From Eledone cirrhosa (Eukaryota), in the NCBI GenBank assembly GCA_964016885.1, contig OZ024759.1, positions 23,188,001 through 23,252,000 of the forward strand: a stretch of DNA of 64,000 nucleotides, read 5' to 3'. Position 1 is the stretch's first letter. The number at the start of each line of letters is the position of its first letter. The position numbers were made by a program, and so were the translations under genes. The notes under the pieces were generated by a model, which saw only the letters and a program-made list of their open reading frames with translations, made no database searches and was not told the origin of the DNA. Positions 1 to 11,830 of the stretch are shown piece after piece.

Positions 1-223
1 GTGTATATATATATATATATATATATCACTTCCATTTTGAAATGGTATATTGCAGGTGAGAGTTCAAGTCCCATGAGCAGTGGTGTGCAAATGTTTCCAT
101 CTCCAGTATAGTTTAATACTGAAAGTATTAAACTATTTTCATAGTTAAACAACGTTGATGCTTCTAACTTACAAATTCAAAAAACTATGTACTAACTTGT
201 AAATAATTATCTTTTACTGTTAG

Positions 224-446
224 GCTCCTGTTCAGGTTTATCACAGATGATTGGAGCCACAGGAAAAGATGTACTATATATTGGTGATCACATCTATGGG
301 GACATTCTTAAATCGAAGAAAGAAAGGGGATGGAGAACTTTCTTGGTCATACCTGAATTAAAACATGAACTAAAAGTATGGACAGAGAAGAAACCTTTGT
401 TTGACAAAATTAATACTCTTGAGGTGGATCTTTCAAATATTTACAG
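224..446 (+). CDS. NT5C2: Cytosolic purine 5'-nucleotidase (NT5C2/cN-II), internal exon; upstream exons lie outside the window
   Basis: Acceptor ...ctgttag|GC, donor TACAG|gtatgt. Translates [55 protein letters not shown]..., matching the HAD motif region [26 protein letters not shown] of vertebrate cN-II. Confidence 0.95.
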
Positions 447-869
447 GTATGTTGTGAGTATTTCTAATGAAGTATTGGTAGAGTGTCTGACAAAATGCAT
501 TATAGCATTTAGTTACGACCCTTTACATTCTAAGTCCAAATCCCACAGAGGTTAGCTTTGCCTCTCATCCTTACAGGTTCGATAAAATGAAGTACCAGTA
601 ATGTACTGGGGTCAATTTAATCAACTTCCTCTTCCACTAAAATTGGTGGCCTTGAGCTTAAACCAGAAACCAATATTAAGATGGTATTTATAACAATGTT
701 CTTCACTCACTGACATGTAGCTAGCGAAGAACATTTAATCGACTCTTCCTTCCTCTCAAAATTGTAGGCCTTGGGCCTAAACCATCAACCATTATTAAGA
801 TAGTATTTATAACTTAACAAAATGTTCTTCACTAACTAAAAATAACAATATAGAAAATATATTCCAACC

Positions 870-1560
870 TTTTCACAGTTGTACATGTCTGGCAAGTGAT
901 TTGATCTAAGACTGTAGTGTTGAAACTAAAACATTTACTGTGTAAAATTCATTTTAGCCACTGTTAGTTTCAAAACACCACAGTCTCAGATGAATCACTT
1001 ACCAGACATGTACAACTACAGTTAAAATGACTGTTCTACGATGAAATTGCTTTAGTTTCAACAACAGTCTCAGATTAAGTGACTTGCCAGACATGTACAA
1101 CTACGGTTAAAATGACTGTTCTATGATGAAATTGCTTTAGTTTCAACAACAGTCTCAGATTAAGTGACTTGCCAGACATGTACAATGTACAACTACAGTT
1201 AAAATGACTGTTCTACGATGAAATTGCTTTAGTTTCAACAACAGTCTCAGATTAAGTGACTTGCCAGACATGTACAATGTACAACTGTGGCTAAAATGAC
1301 TGTTCTTCGATGTGATTGTTTTAGTTTCAACACATCAGTCTCAGATGAATCACTTACCAGACAAGCACAACTGTAGCTAAAATGACTCTTTCCCAATGTA
1401 ATTTTTTTAGTTTCAACACAGTCTCAGATCAAGTCACTAACCAGACATATGCATCTGTGGCTAAAATTAATTACTCTTCCATGATGTAATTGTTTTAGTT
1501 TCAAAACTAACACAGTCTGAGATGAAGTCACTTGCCAGACATGTACAACTGGCTAAAATG
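870..1560. repeat. ~70-76 bp tandem repeat (~8 copies) preceded by one inverted copy, in an NT5C2 intron
   Basis: Recurring ttagtttcaacaacagtctcagattaagtgacttgccagacatgtacaact; reverse-complement copy at ~875-960. Confidence 0.8.
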
Positions 1561-1612
1561 ACTTACAAAAATTGTCTATTCTAACATTTTAACTGATTAT
1601 TATTATTTACAG

Positions 1613-1673
1613 ACATCTAGACAGCAGTTCTCAAGAAAACCCTGATAGTCAAGAAATTAGAAAATCATTGAAG
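1613..1673 (+). CDS. NT5C2: NT5C2 exon (RHLDSSSQENPDSQEIRKSLK)
   Basis: ttacag|A...AAG|gtaata; phase 2 to 0 fits neighbouring exons; matches [21 protein letters not shown] of cN-II. Confidence 0.93.
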
Positions 1674-2234
1674 GTAATAAATTTCATTTTATCTCATTTA
1701 ATCCTTTATGTTGTTAGAACACATGCATGACAGGTCGGTGGCGGTAGAATGAACCAATCTTACTTATCTCCCTTCCTAACACTCCATTGAGAGTTATCTC
1801 CCTTTAATGCGACAATTGTGCTGACTAATCAAAACATATCCAAACTGCTGTCTTGGTGAGAGGAACAGAGCTAGTGATGAATGTTGTAAAGAGAAATGGT
1901 ATAAGATGGTAAGGTCATATGGTAAAGAAGGATGAATTTGACTGGATGAGAGGAATAGAGTGAGTGATGTTATGAAAATGGAATGAAATGGTTGGGTCAT
2001 GTGTTGTGGAATGATGAATGTGACTGGGTGAGAGGTGTTGTATAGTGGTTGTGCTTGTACCATAAAAAAAGCTCCCAGTACACACTGTAGTGTAGTTCAC
2101 ATTAGTAACCACATCTAGCCATAGAAATCCACGCCAAAATCAGATCACATCAGCAAAACATGGCCACCTGGCCTGTCTGACCTCATAACTTGACAGCAAT
2201 GATGGAAAATAGACAAATATTGGTGATGATGATT

Positions 2235-3031
2235 TGTGTTCTAGGCAGTTACACATTAAATGAGTATATTTTAATGTGTTCTAGACAGTTGCACATTAAA
2301 TGAGTATATTTTAATGTGTTCTAGACAGTTGCACATTAAATGAGTATATTTTAATGTGTTCTAGACAGTTGCACATTAAATGAGTATATTTTAATGTGTT
2401 CTAGACAGTTGCACATTAAATGAGTATATTTTAATGTGTTCTAGACAGTTGCACATTAAATGAGTATATTTTAATGTGTTCTAGACAGTTGCACATTAAA
2501 TGAGTATATTTTAATGTGTTCTAGACAGTTGCACATTAAATGAGTATATTTTAATGTGTTCTAGACAGTTGCACATTAAATGAGTATATTTTAATGTGTT
2601 CTAGACAGTTACACATTAAATGAGTATATTTTAATGTGTTCTAGACAGTTACACATTAAATGAGTATATTTTAATGTGTTCTAGACAGTTACACATTAAA
2701 TGAGTATATTTTAATGTGTTCTAGGCAGTTACACATTAAATGAGTATATTTTAATGTGTTCTAGACAGTTGCACATTAAATGAGTATATTTTAATGTGTT
2801 CTAGACAGTTGCACATTAAATGAGTATATTTTAATGTGTTCTAGACAGTTGCACATTAAATGAGTATATTTTAATGTGTTCTAGGCAGTTACACATTAAA
2901 TGAGTATATTTTAATGTGTTCTAGGCAGTTACACATTAAATGAGTATATTTTAATGTGTTCTAGACAGTTGCACATTAAATGAGTATATTTTAATGTGTT
3001 CTAGACAGTTAAACATTAAATAAGTATATTT
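2235..3031. repeat. 40-bp minisatellite, ~20 copies
   Basis: Unit tgtgttctag(a/g)cagtt(a/g)cacattaaatgagtatattttaa repeated head to tail. Confidence 0.97.
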
Positions 3032-3047
3032 TCTTATTGCATTCTAG

Positions 3048-3105
3048 GCAGTTACTCATGAAATGAATCTATCCTATGGCTTACTAGGAAGTCTTTTCAG
3101 AAGTG
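3048..3105 (+). CDS. NT5C2: NT5C2 exon (AVTHEMNLSYGLLGSLFRSG)
   Basis: ttctag|GCA...AGT G|gtaagt; matches [20 protein letters not shown]. Confidence 0.93.
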
Positions 3106-3234
3106 GTAAGTAAAATACATTTTCTATCAGTTTATGTGTGTGTGCATGCATCTCGGTGTGCACATGTGTGTATTTGCATGTATGTGGATATATGTGTACT
3201 TATGTATCTATGTGTGTGTGTGCGTGCATTTTGA

Positions 3235-3580
3235 ATCTGGCAGAACCTGTCCCTCTTCGGTCTTTTGATATATATAAACAGCTTCAACAGTTTTGAATTG
3301 TAGAACCATGGTTAGTTTCTGAGAATTTGGTATTAAAAGAGTAAAGTTAATATTTGGACCTTAAGGAAGCTTCTTACATAAATTATAATGAAAAGATTAT
3401 AATATACAGTTTAGTATTGTAGAACCAGGGGCAGTTTTGATGGAGTTTGGTATCAAAGGAATGAAAGTGTTTGGAACATAACTTAAGGAGGGTTCTTATA
3501 TAAAATTATGATGAAAAGTTTATAATAAACAGATTATAGTAAACCAGGAGCAGTTTCAGGGAGTTTGGTATAAAAAGGTT
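3235..3580. repeat. Degenerate ~120-bp tandem repeat, ~3 copies
   Basis: gtagaacca(t/g)g..agttt...gagtttggtat..aaag recurs at ~3300, ~3420 and ~3540. Confidence 0.6.
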
Positions 3581-3610
3581 CACTGTTTTTCTCTTTAATT
3601 TTCTTTTCAG

Positions 3611-3729
3611 GATCACAACAAACATTTTTTGCTACCCAAGCCATGAGATATGCTGATCTCTATGCAGCTTCCATCAGCAATCTACTCTACTATCCATTCT
3701 GTTACAACTTCCTTGCTCCAAGAATGTTG
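3611..3729 (+). CDS. NT5C2: NT5C2 exon ([39 protein letters not shown])
   Basis: ttttcag|GA...TTG|gtcagt; contains the conserved [16 protein letters not shown] motif. Confidence 0.95.
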
Positions 3730-4170
3730 GTCAGTATATTAATTTCATCAGAATTGTGCTTATTCATGTTAATATGCATCCAGCCGTAGATAACCCGCCA
3801 GACAACCAATCTTGTCTCTAGTGGGACAATTCCCGTCCAGACCCATGCTAGCGTGGAAAATGGACGTTAAACGATGATGATGATGATGATGTATAAACTT
3901 AAGATTTTGTTTTATGTGTGTATATATATATATATATATATACACAGTTGTCCCCCAGTATTCGGGGGGGGGGGTTACATTCCTAGAGCACCCACGAAGA
4001 ATGAAAAACCGCGAATATTGGATGTGGTCCATAAAAATGCCTATAAATGTCAAAATCTAATTTAAATATAGTGAAAAGAGAGGGAGCATCTTATACTAAG
4101 GGGTGTCTAATAGGCCGGCAAATACAGTATATAATTTAGCGTTAAAATATATATTGCCACAAAAACAGCC

Positions 4171-4204
<34 letters not shown>

Positions 4205-4483
4205 GCTGAAGATATTTATGATTCCGTTAATATGCAGTGGTTTCTACGAACATTAGTTAGGTTCTAAGGAAAGTTCCCTGAATAACTGGGACCACGAATG
4301 CCAGGGGTACACTATGTATGTATGTATATGTATATATATGTTATATATATACACACACACACATATATATATACATATATTTATATTATACTTTGGGAGG
4401 GTCATGCACCTCTTCATTTTCACTTCAATTTATTATAAATTTCTGGTTGGTTGGTTCAGTAATCAGATGGTTGTTTATATATT

Positions 4484-4526
4484 GTCAAAGCTCTTTCATC
4501 ACACATTCTGAGACCTCCTCAGTGAC
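4484..4526 (-). ncRNA. Minimal type I hammerhead ribozyme candidate
   Basis: Minus strand reads GTCA-CTGAGGA-GGTCTCA gaatg TGTGAT-GAAA-GAGC-TT-TGAC; stem I GTCA/TGAC, imperfect stem II. Confidence 0.55.
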
Positions 4527-4616
4527 TGGTTTCTTATTTTGAGTCTCTCATTTGTTCTTTCCTACACCATCTTGTTTTTGTGTGCTGTGTACTTGCTTTG
4601 TGCATGTGTTATATCG

Positions 4617-5026
4617 GGGTTAGGGTTAATGTTAAGGTTAATGTTAACGTTAATGTTAAGGTTAGTGTTAAGGTTAGTGTTAAGGTTAGTGTTAAGGTTA
4701 GTGTTAAGGTTAGTGTTAGGGTTAGTGTTAGGGTTAGGGTTAGTGTTAGGGTTAGTGTTAGGGTTAGTGTTAAGGTTAGTGTTAGGGTTAGTGTTAAGAT
4801 TAGTGTTAGGGTTAGTGTTAGGGTTAGTGTTAGGGTTAGTGTTAGGGTTAAGGTTAGTGTTAGGGTTAGTGTTAGGGTTAGTGTTAGGGTTAGTGTTAGG
4901 GTTAGTGTTAGGGTTAGTGTTAGGGTTAGGGTTAGTGTTAGGGTTAAGGTTAGGGTTAAGGTTAGGGTTAAGGTTAGTGTTAAGGTTAGTGTTAAGGTTA
5001 GTGTTAAGGTTAGTGTTAGGGTTAGG
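4617..5026 (+). repeat. Interstitial telomere-like array of TTAGGG/TTAGTG/TTAAGG hexamers
   Basis: ~410 bp, mostly 12-mers TTAGGG-TTAGTG or TTAAGG-TTAGTG. Confidence 0.92.
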
Positions 5027-5920
5027 TGTGTGTTTTTATTTATGTGTTTATTTACTTGTCACTAGTTGGTAGCTTGTTCTATCTGCGTGTGTCTGGTGAA
5101 ACAGCCGTAGAATAGGAAAAAAGATAAATGAACACTGACAAAAATTCCAAGATGGGAAAAACTCATCAGCACTCCCATACCAAAATAGAACACTAGAGAA
5201 CAGAGATAAAAATTATATCCACACACAGAAAATACATAATGCTCCAACAAATTACAGAAGTGACAAACAAATGAACTCCAACCAAAATTAAACAGAAAAC
5301 ACGAGTGGAACAGCAACAACGTTGCAATTAGTAATGAAGACATACAGAGACACACAAGAACCAAACTAATAAAACAAACCAGACACGCACAGATAGAACA
5401 AGCAACCAACTAGTGACAAGTAAATAAATACATTGATAAATAAAAAAAACACACACACGGATTTAACATGTACAAAGCAAGTATAAAGCACACAAAAACA
5501 AGATGGTGTAGGACAGAACAAAGGAGAGAGACAAAATAAGAAATCAGTCACTAAGGAGGTCTCAGAATGCGTGATGAAAGAGATTTGACAATATATAAAC
5601 AACCATCTGGTTACTGAACCAACCAACCAGAAATACATAATAAATTGAAGTGAAAACCAACAGGTGGATCTGTTTTTATTGGCAGCGTGACCAAAATTAT
5701 ATATATATATATATATATATATCAAGATTTCTTATCTGAAAACGTGTTGAAACAGATATTGTTATACTTTGGGAGGGTCATGTTAAACGATGATGTGATG
5801 ATATGTATAGGTGAACCTAATATAATTGTGTACAATTGCCTCCTGTGTTTTGTTCATTCATTTATATCATTCAACTATATATGTGTGTGTATATATATAT
5901 ACATATATACATACATATAT

Positions 5921-6528
5921 GGTGGCTGCCAACTCGTTTTCGAGTACGGCCACTACTTTATATCCATGTAGGAGAACCCCTACCGATGCGCTGAACGAGT
6001 GTGACTTTTTAGTCCAGCCAGCGACTTGAAAACTCTGGTACAAACACTACACTTGTGACAATTATCGACACATAGTGCTTTGCCTTTGGTACCATGTGAC
6101 GATAAGTGCAGAGAGATCTCCAGATATAAAGCAATGCCTGTGCTGTGAAGCTTTTATAGTGAGCAAAGGCACTGCACAAAGCCAGTCGCACTCTCTTAAC
6201 CAAGATGATATTTACCAAAAAGAAGAACAAGTCAACATCATTGGATACCATCAGGGTTGCAGGTGTTATATCAGAGTTTTCCTTCTCTTAGAATTCTGCC
6301 TTGACAAAGGCTAAGGGGTCATCTCTCCCAGTGATTTTGGATGGCCATTGACTCTTAAGAGCTCCTTTGCCCTTCGACAGGTTTTGTTTTTAGTCCTGCA
6401 GGATGTCCAAAGTCACCCTCCTCACCAAGAAACCTTGGTGGGGTTGCCAGTTTAGTCGCCAACGACCCGACCATGAGACAGGTTGTACTGGGATACATGT
6501 TACCAGTAGCACCAAGTGGTGACCTGAC
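5921..6528. mobile_element. ~610-bp non-autonomous interspersed repeat (possibly RTE-derived)
   Basis: Near-identical copies at 42440-43047 (inverted) and 58475-59058; partial copies at 45508-45917 and 45948-46228; diverged relatives at ~51720-52065, 56522-57100 and 57950-58460; flanked by microsatellites. Confidence 0.8.
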
Positions 6529-6917
6529 ATATATATACATATGTATACATACATATATATCATCATCATCATCTTCGTTTAACGTCCACTTTCCACGCTA
6601 GCATGGGTTAGACGGGAGTTGTCCCACTTGAGGCAAGGTTTGGTCGGGTGACCGTGTCTTGCTCGTATAGGACTATCTGGCAGGTTTTCTACGGCTGGAT
6701 GCCCTTCCTAACACCAACCACATTTATACATATGTATATATATATATACATATGTATATATACATAATATATATATATAAGTATATATATATACATATTC
6801 ATACATATATATATGCATATGCACACATGCATATATACACGCACACATGCACATATATATATATATATATATATACATACACACACACACATGTATATTC
6901 TATTTTTCCTCCTCCAG

Positions 6918-7163
6918 ATGTCCCATGAATCAACGGTATATCATGATGACTGTCCACCAACAGATGACAACTTTGCATCAAGGGCACGGTCAGTGCCGGT
7001 CAACCACGAGATGAAATCACCAGACCCCAAAAGGAGTAAACTGAATGATGACATTCTTAACAGCAACAATGTACCTAACTTAAGAGCCGACACTCCAAAT
7101 AAGTTGACCTATTGTCTTGATGATGATTCTGATGATAACGAGAACTGTGACAAAACACCCTAA
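6918..7163 (+). CDS. NT5C2: NT5C2 terminal coding exon (MSHESTV...[19 protein letters not shown])
   Basis: cctccag|ATG TCC CAT GAA TCA ACG GTA matches MPHESTV; acidic C-terminal tail; TAA at 7161-7163; AATAAA at ~7178. Confidence 0.92.
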   Translation: MSHESTVYHDDCPPTDDNFASRARSVPVNHEMKSPDPKRSKLNDDILNSNNVPNLRADTPNKLTYCLDDDSDDNENCDKTP

Positions 7164-8159
7164 ATTGATTAAATGCAAATAAAAAAAAAAGAAAATCCTA
7201 AATGACTTTCATCCCTGAATACTTCTTCATACTGACAAACCATTTGTATTAAATTGACTGAGGCTATCCCTCCAAGTTCTAAGATACATAACTCATTTTA
7301 AAAGTTCAAATTCACATTAAAAACTATTAATATGTTTGTGTAAAAAATGTTTTCTTAGATTATGTACCAAACACTAACTTTTCTTCTCTAATGATCCTTC
7401 CATCGAAGGTGAAGCATGCATAAAGCCGTTGTTCCAGACTTCCCAATCTCTCATTGCAACAAGATCCAATCCAGTGAGGCGAGTCTCCCTCACCAACAGA
7501 GTCCTGATGTTATGGTTAGATGTCCTACTTTTGCATCTGGTGACCAGACAAGCAGTTTCTCTGCAGGTTCCCTATGATGGCAAACAATGACCAGCAAGAG
7601 CCAAAGCCAAGCTACAGAATGGATCTTTCAATGAACCTTGTGGCAGATTACCATAAATAACTATTGGTAGTGTGACTTTGCCACAAAATGTTGAACAACA
7701 CATGTAACAACTTGGTGTAGGAATCAGTAAGTCTCCTTGAGCAAGCAACACAGAGTCCAGGATTCTGAACCATACAGTAAGATGGTTTTGACAGTAGCTT
7801 TGAAGACTTTGCACTTCATAGATCTTAGGATAAAAAAAAAAATAGGTTTGATATTTTATTAAATCCAACTAAACTTTTCATTGTTTTCAAAATTAATTAA
7901 GACACATAAGCAGTAATGTTGTAATTGGAAATATTTTACCAAAAGGGATAATTAACTCTCTGGATAACAAACCATCTGAAATTCTTCCTTCTACGGTATA
8001 AAACAGTTTGTTTGAAAATAATTATATTTATCTAAAAACTTTCCATCATAAGTTTGTTAAGTCATGTTCCAAATGCCAATTTATGGAATTTCAACTTTCC
8101 ACCTCAATTTCATCATCCTCAACTTTAATTTGAATATTAACATATATTTAGTGTTTAAG

Positions 8160-8730
8160 GTGACAAATTGGCAAAAGTTGCTAGAACGTCAGAATGCTTT
8201 GTGGTATTCATTGCAGCTCTGAGTTCAAATCCCTCTGAAGTCAACTCTGAATTTCACCCATTCCAAGTTGCTAAAAAAGTACCAGTCTAATACTGGGATC
8301 AATTCTTCCTCTAGATCTCTTTCTCACTTCAATTCTCTCACTCACTATTCTTCTCTGGAAGAAATCAGCTATATTCAGACCTAGAGAAGGATGGGCTCTG
8401 CCAGGTTTACAAATGCTTTAAAAACGCTGTACATCAATGTATGCCCCTATGACTCCCTCGGGAGTTATAGGACCATACATACATACAAATTTAAAGCCCA
8501 TCTCTCTCCAGGTCTGAATACAGATTTCTTCCAGAGAAGGTTAGAAAGTGAAAGAGTCAAGTGAAAAAGAGAGAGGAAGAATCGAACCCAGTACTAAACC
8601 GGTACATTTTTTATCGACCTTGAAAGGATGAAAGGTAAAGTTGACCTTGGCAGGATTTGAACTCCGAGAGCTGGAACGAATACCGCAATGCAATCTATAC
8701 AACATTCTAATAACTCTGTCAATTTGCTGC
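8160..8730. mobile_element. Inverted pair of long MetaSINE-type SINEs
   Basis: tRNA-like head (ttggca...gagttcaaatccc), core tttcatcc...aaaaagtaccag, then extension ctctggaagaaatc..ttcagacctggagag; second copy reverse-complemented at ~8495-8730. Confidence 0.65.
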
Positions 8731-9940
8731 CTATATTACAAATACAAAAACAGAGATTGCCTCTTTATTAGATATTACAAACTATTATACAAATACACAA
8801 AGAAAGATCGTATCAAACGAAAAACTAAAGATGTTTTTGAAACAGTAAATTTCAGATATAAAAAAAAATTTTCTACAAACTTCAGTTGAAGCAAAATTCC
8901 ATATATTTTTTTAAACACTGTCTGATTTGGTTTTTGAGCCTTTTAATGTGAAGTTGTCAAAAACAAGTGTTGATAAATGCCTTAAAATATCTCCATTACT
9001 CATTCAAAGGATGTGAAATGTTATCTTGAAGTTTAACTTCAGAGAACATGAAAGAAAGAGAAGAAGTTATGCCAGAGAATTTCAAGAGTTTTTTTATGGA
9101 TGAAATTGGGTTCAAAATTTGAATAAAACCTACATAAAGCAGAGCAAAAATTGGACAATCACATGGATTGCATTCCAGAATTATACGTATATGTTGTGCC
9201 ATGAACTAACAAGGGAGAATCTACTATAAATAGAAAACTGGTGCCTTCAGTCTCTCAAGATTTTATGATATTATTGACTCATTTCTTAATTTGATTGATG
9301 AAAAATGCCTGGAGAATTGTACATTGATTAGGGTTAATGTTCCTTTTCAAAAGAACCAGAGATATTAATTCAGTCAAACTGACATGAAGTACAAATATTA
9401 CCTCCATATACACCCCAGTTTAACCCTTTTGAAAATATAAGTGAAAGAATCATATATATATATATACATATATATGTGTGGGGGGGGGAGGGACTAAAAT
9501 GATGATGATGATGATATATATATATAACAGTTGATCGACAAGATCCCAGATCCCATTCACGAGCTGGGTGGAGCTTGTCAAATCAGATCACCAAAACAAT
9601 GTTTCCATTAGTCTTTCCAATTTCTAATACTATCTACTGGTTGCAGGAGCAACATGAAATAAAGTGTCTTGCTCAAGGACATAATACATCACCCAGTCCA
9701 GGAATCAAACACACAACCTCACGATTGCTAATCTAGTTTTCTAACCACTCAGTCATGCGCCTTCACAATATATATATATCATACACACCAAACCCATGCA
9801 AGCATGAAAAATGCTTATATATATATTGTATATAATCGAATATCAACTGAGAAATATGTGACTAAAAGATCAATGGCAAAATGGGGTTTGGAATGGGGGT
9901 GATGGCTTATCGAATATATACTGTATATCATCATAGAAAA

Positions 9941-9992
<52 letters not shown>

Positions 9993-10105
9993 ATATATAT
10001 ATATATACATATAACCAAAGATTAATATGATTCATTGATTACTCAATGAATATAGTTTTACAATAGATTAAAAGCACTCTACAAAGAAGTTTTCTGGAGT
10101 TATTA

Positions 10106-10305
10106 ATATTATTCGAAATATTAATAAATGAAGACTGCCAATACTGGAATTGAACCATCAAGACAATTGAGGTATGTCATACATCAAGTCATGTATTTTA
10201 TCTGATGAGGACGTACTGAAAAAACAGCACAGTACCTCCGAAATATATACAATAAAACATTTTGATTACGTGAACGTCTTCATTTATTAATATTTCGAAT
10301 AATAT
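10106..10305. mobile_element. Short foldback element with + strand hammerhead-like motif (10191-10260)
   Basis: 30-bp inverted arms atattattcgaaatattaataaatgaagac; inside, ttttat-CTGATGA-GGACGTACTG...CAGTACCTCC-GAAA-TATATA-CA-ataaaa. Confidence 0.65.
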
Positions 10306-10336
10306 ATATATATATCTATATATATATATATATATA

Positions 10337-10522
10337 TTTAATATAGAAAAGGCTTCTACAGGACTAGAACTGTTTCATTCGGGAGAAATCAGGAAGTTTG
10401 CTGATGATTTCTCCCAAATAAAACAGTTCTAGTCTTGTAGAAGCCTTTTCTATATTAAATCTTTATACTCTGTATTGAGTACCTTACTTACTGTGGTTAC
10501 CCCCAATTGAACCCGGGATAAA
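10337..10522. mobile_element. Short foldback element, same family as 36580-37038
   Basis: Arms tttaatatagaaaaggcttctacaggactagaactgttt and its reverse complement, then shared tail tttatactctg..attgagtaccttacttactgtg. Confidence 0.7.
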
Positions 10523-10847
10523 CATATATATATCATCATTTAACATCCATTTTCCATGTTTGCATGGGTTAGATAGGCCATTGTGTTGTGAGACAAGTTA
10601 GGTCAGGTGACCACATCTTGCTCATACAACTCTGTACTTTGGTTTGTTTTTTACAGCTGGAAGCTCATCCTAACAATAACCACATTACAGTGTGGATTGG
10701 ATACTTTTTATTCTGGCACCAAAATGACCATTTAACAGGGTGAACTGGGTGTTTTTTTTTTCGTTGTCACCAGCACAACCACACTACAGTGTGGAATGGG
10801 TGCTTTTTATCAAGGCACCAACATGACCATTTTCCAGGGTGTATGTG

Positions 10848-10882
<35 letters not shown>

Positions 10883-11232
10883 ATATATATATATACTAGA
10901 AATTTATGGTGTTGAAGGTATCAATTTTTATTGTAAATTACACTGGCAAAGACTTTTCTATTGCACTTGTAAAATTATAATGAAAATAAATTGTATTCAT
11001 TTGAACTGTGTTGAGTAAAAATTTGAATTAACTGAATATCCCATAACACACGTAATTGGATTAGCAAAATATTCTTGGTAAGTACAAAACAGCAGTATAA
11101 CTTTTATATTTACTTATTATATTATCTATATTTACTATATTTAATAAAGTACCAGTAATACACTGGGATAATTGCTGGCCTTGTGCCAAAAGTAGAAACA
11201 ATTATCTATATTTACTTATATTATCTATTATT

Positions 11233-11457
11233 CAGGCTGTATCAAAAAGAATCATCCAATTTCAAAAGGCTATGTTTTTGAAACAAATGAACATATAACC
11301 ATGTGCTAACTTGTACAATACATATCTGAATATAAAGTTTTATTTACAATTTTTACAAATGCTCAATATGCCCTCCTCTGGACACATGGCATACATCTAT
11401 ATCATAGTCAAACTCGTCCCATACTCGAATATGTCTGATTCTTTTTGATACACCCTG
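11233..11457. mobile_element. Tc1/mariner-type MITE
   Basis: TIRs cagg(c/g)tgtatcaaaaagaatca / tgattctttttgatacaccctg; TA at the right end. Confidence 0.7.
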
Positions 11458-11473
11458 TATTATCTATCTATTG

Positions 11474-11651
11474 CAGCGTTTCTCAACCAGTGTTCCTCAA
11501 AACCCCAGGGTTCTACAAGAGGTTGCTAGGGGTGCCCTGCTAAAAGAGATAGATATTAATAATGGTATATATTAATTTTTATGCAGGGGTTCCCTGAGAC
11601 ATTAAAACTATTTCAAGAGTACCATATGAGTAAAAAGGTTGAGAAACACTA
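11474..11651. mobile_element. hAT-type MITE
   Basis: TIRs cagcgtttctcaacc / ggttgagaaacacta; near-perfect 8-bp TSD atctattg/atctactg; relative at 35024-35328. Confidence 0.75.
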
Positions 11652-11830
11652 ATCTACTGTATTAACCCTTAGCTAAAAAAAAAACTGGCACAGCAACTGT
11701 AGCTGTGTAACATATACGCAGCAGTCAACAGGTTAACATTGTTGTCAGAAGGAGCATTTACGGGGTCAGTTTCTCATCACATTGTTATCGCAAGCAACAT
11801 ATTTGAGTGGATGGGGTGTAAATATCTAAT

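Larger units (their letters stand above)
4385..5783. mobile_element. Foldback element (Penelope-like pseudo-LTR inverted pair) with hammerhead-like motifs and an internal telomeric-type array
   Basis: Arms ~4416-5098 and ~5378-5656 are reverse complements; a related copy lies at ~19935-20330; flanked by (TA)n. Confidence 0.7.

Noticed and set aside
31-60. Possible upstream NT5C2 exon ending at cag|gtgag
   Set aside because: No acceptor is visible, and neither the phase nor the translation fits the expected VYSG-G junction.
2235-3031. CRISPR-like array of 40-bp hairpin repeats
   Set aside because: No spacers; it is a simple intronic minisatellite.
4539-5072. ORFs of LVLG/VRVS repeats
   Set aside because: Translations of the telomere-like hexamer array inside an intron.
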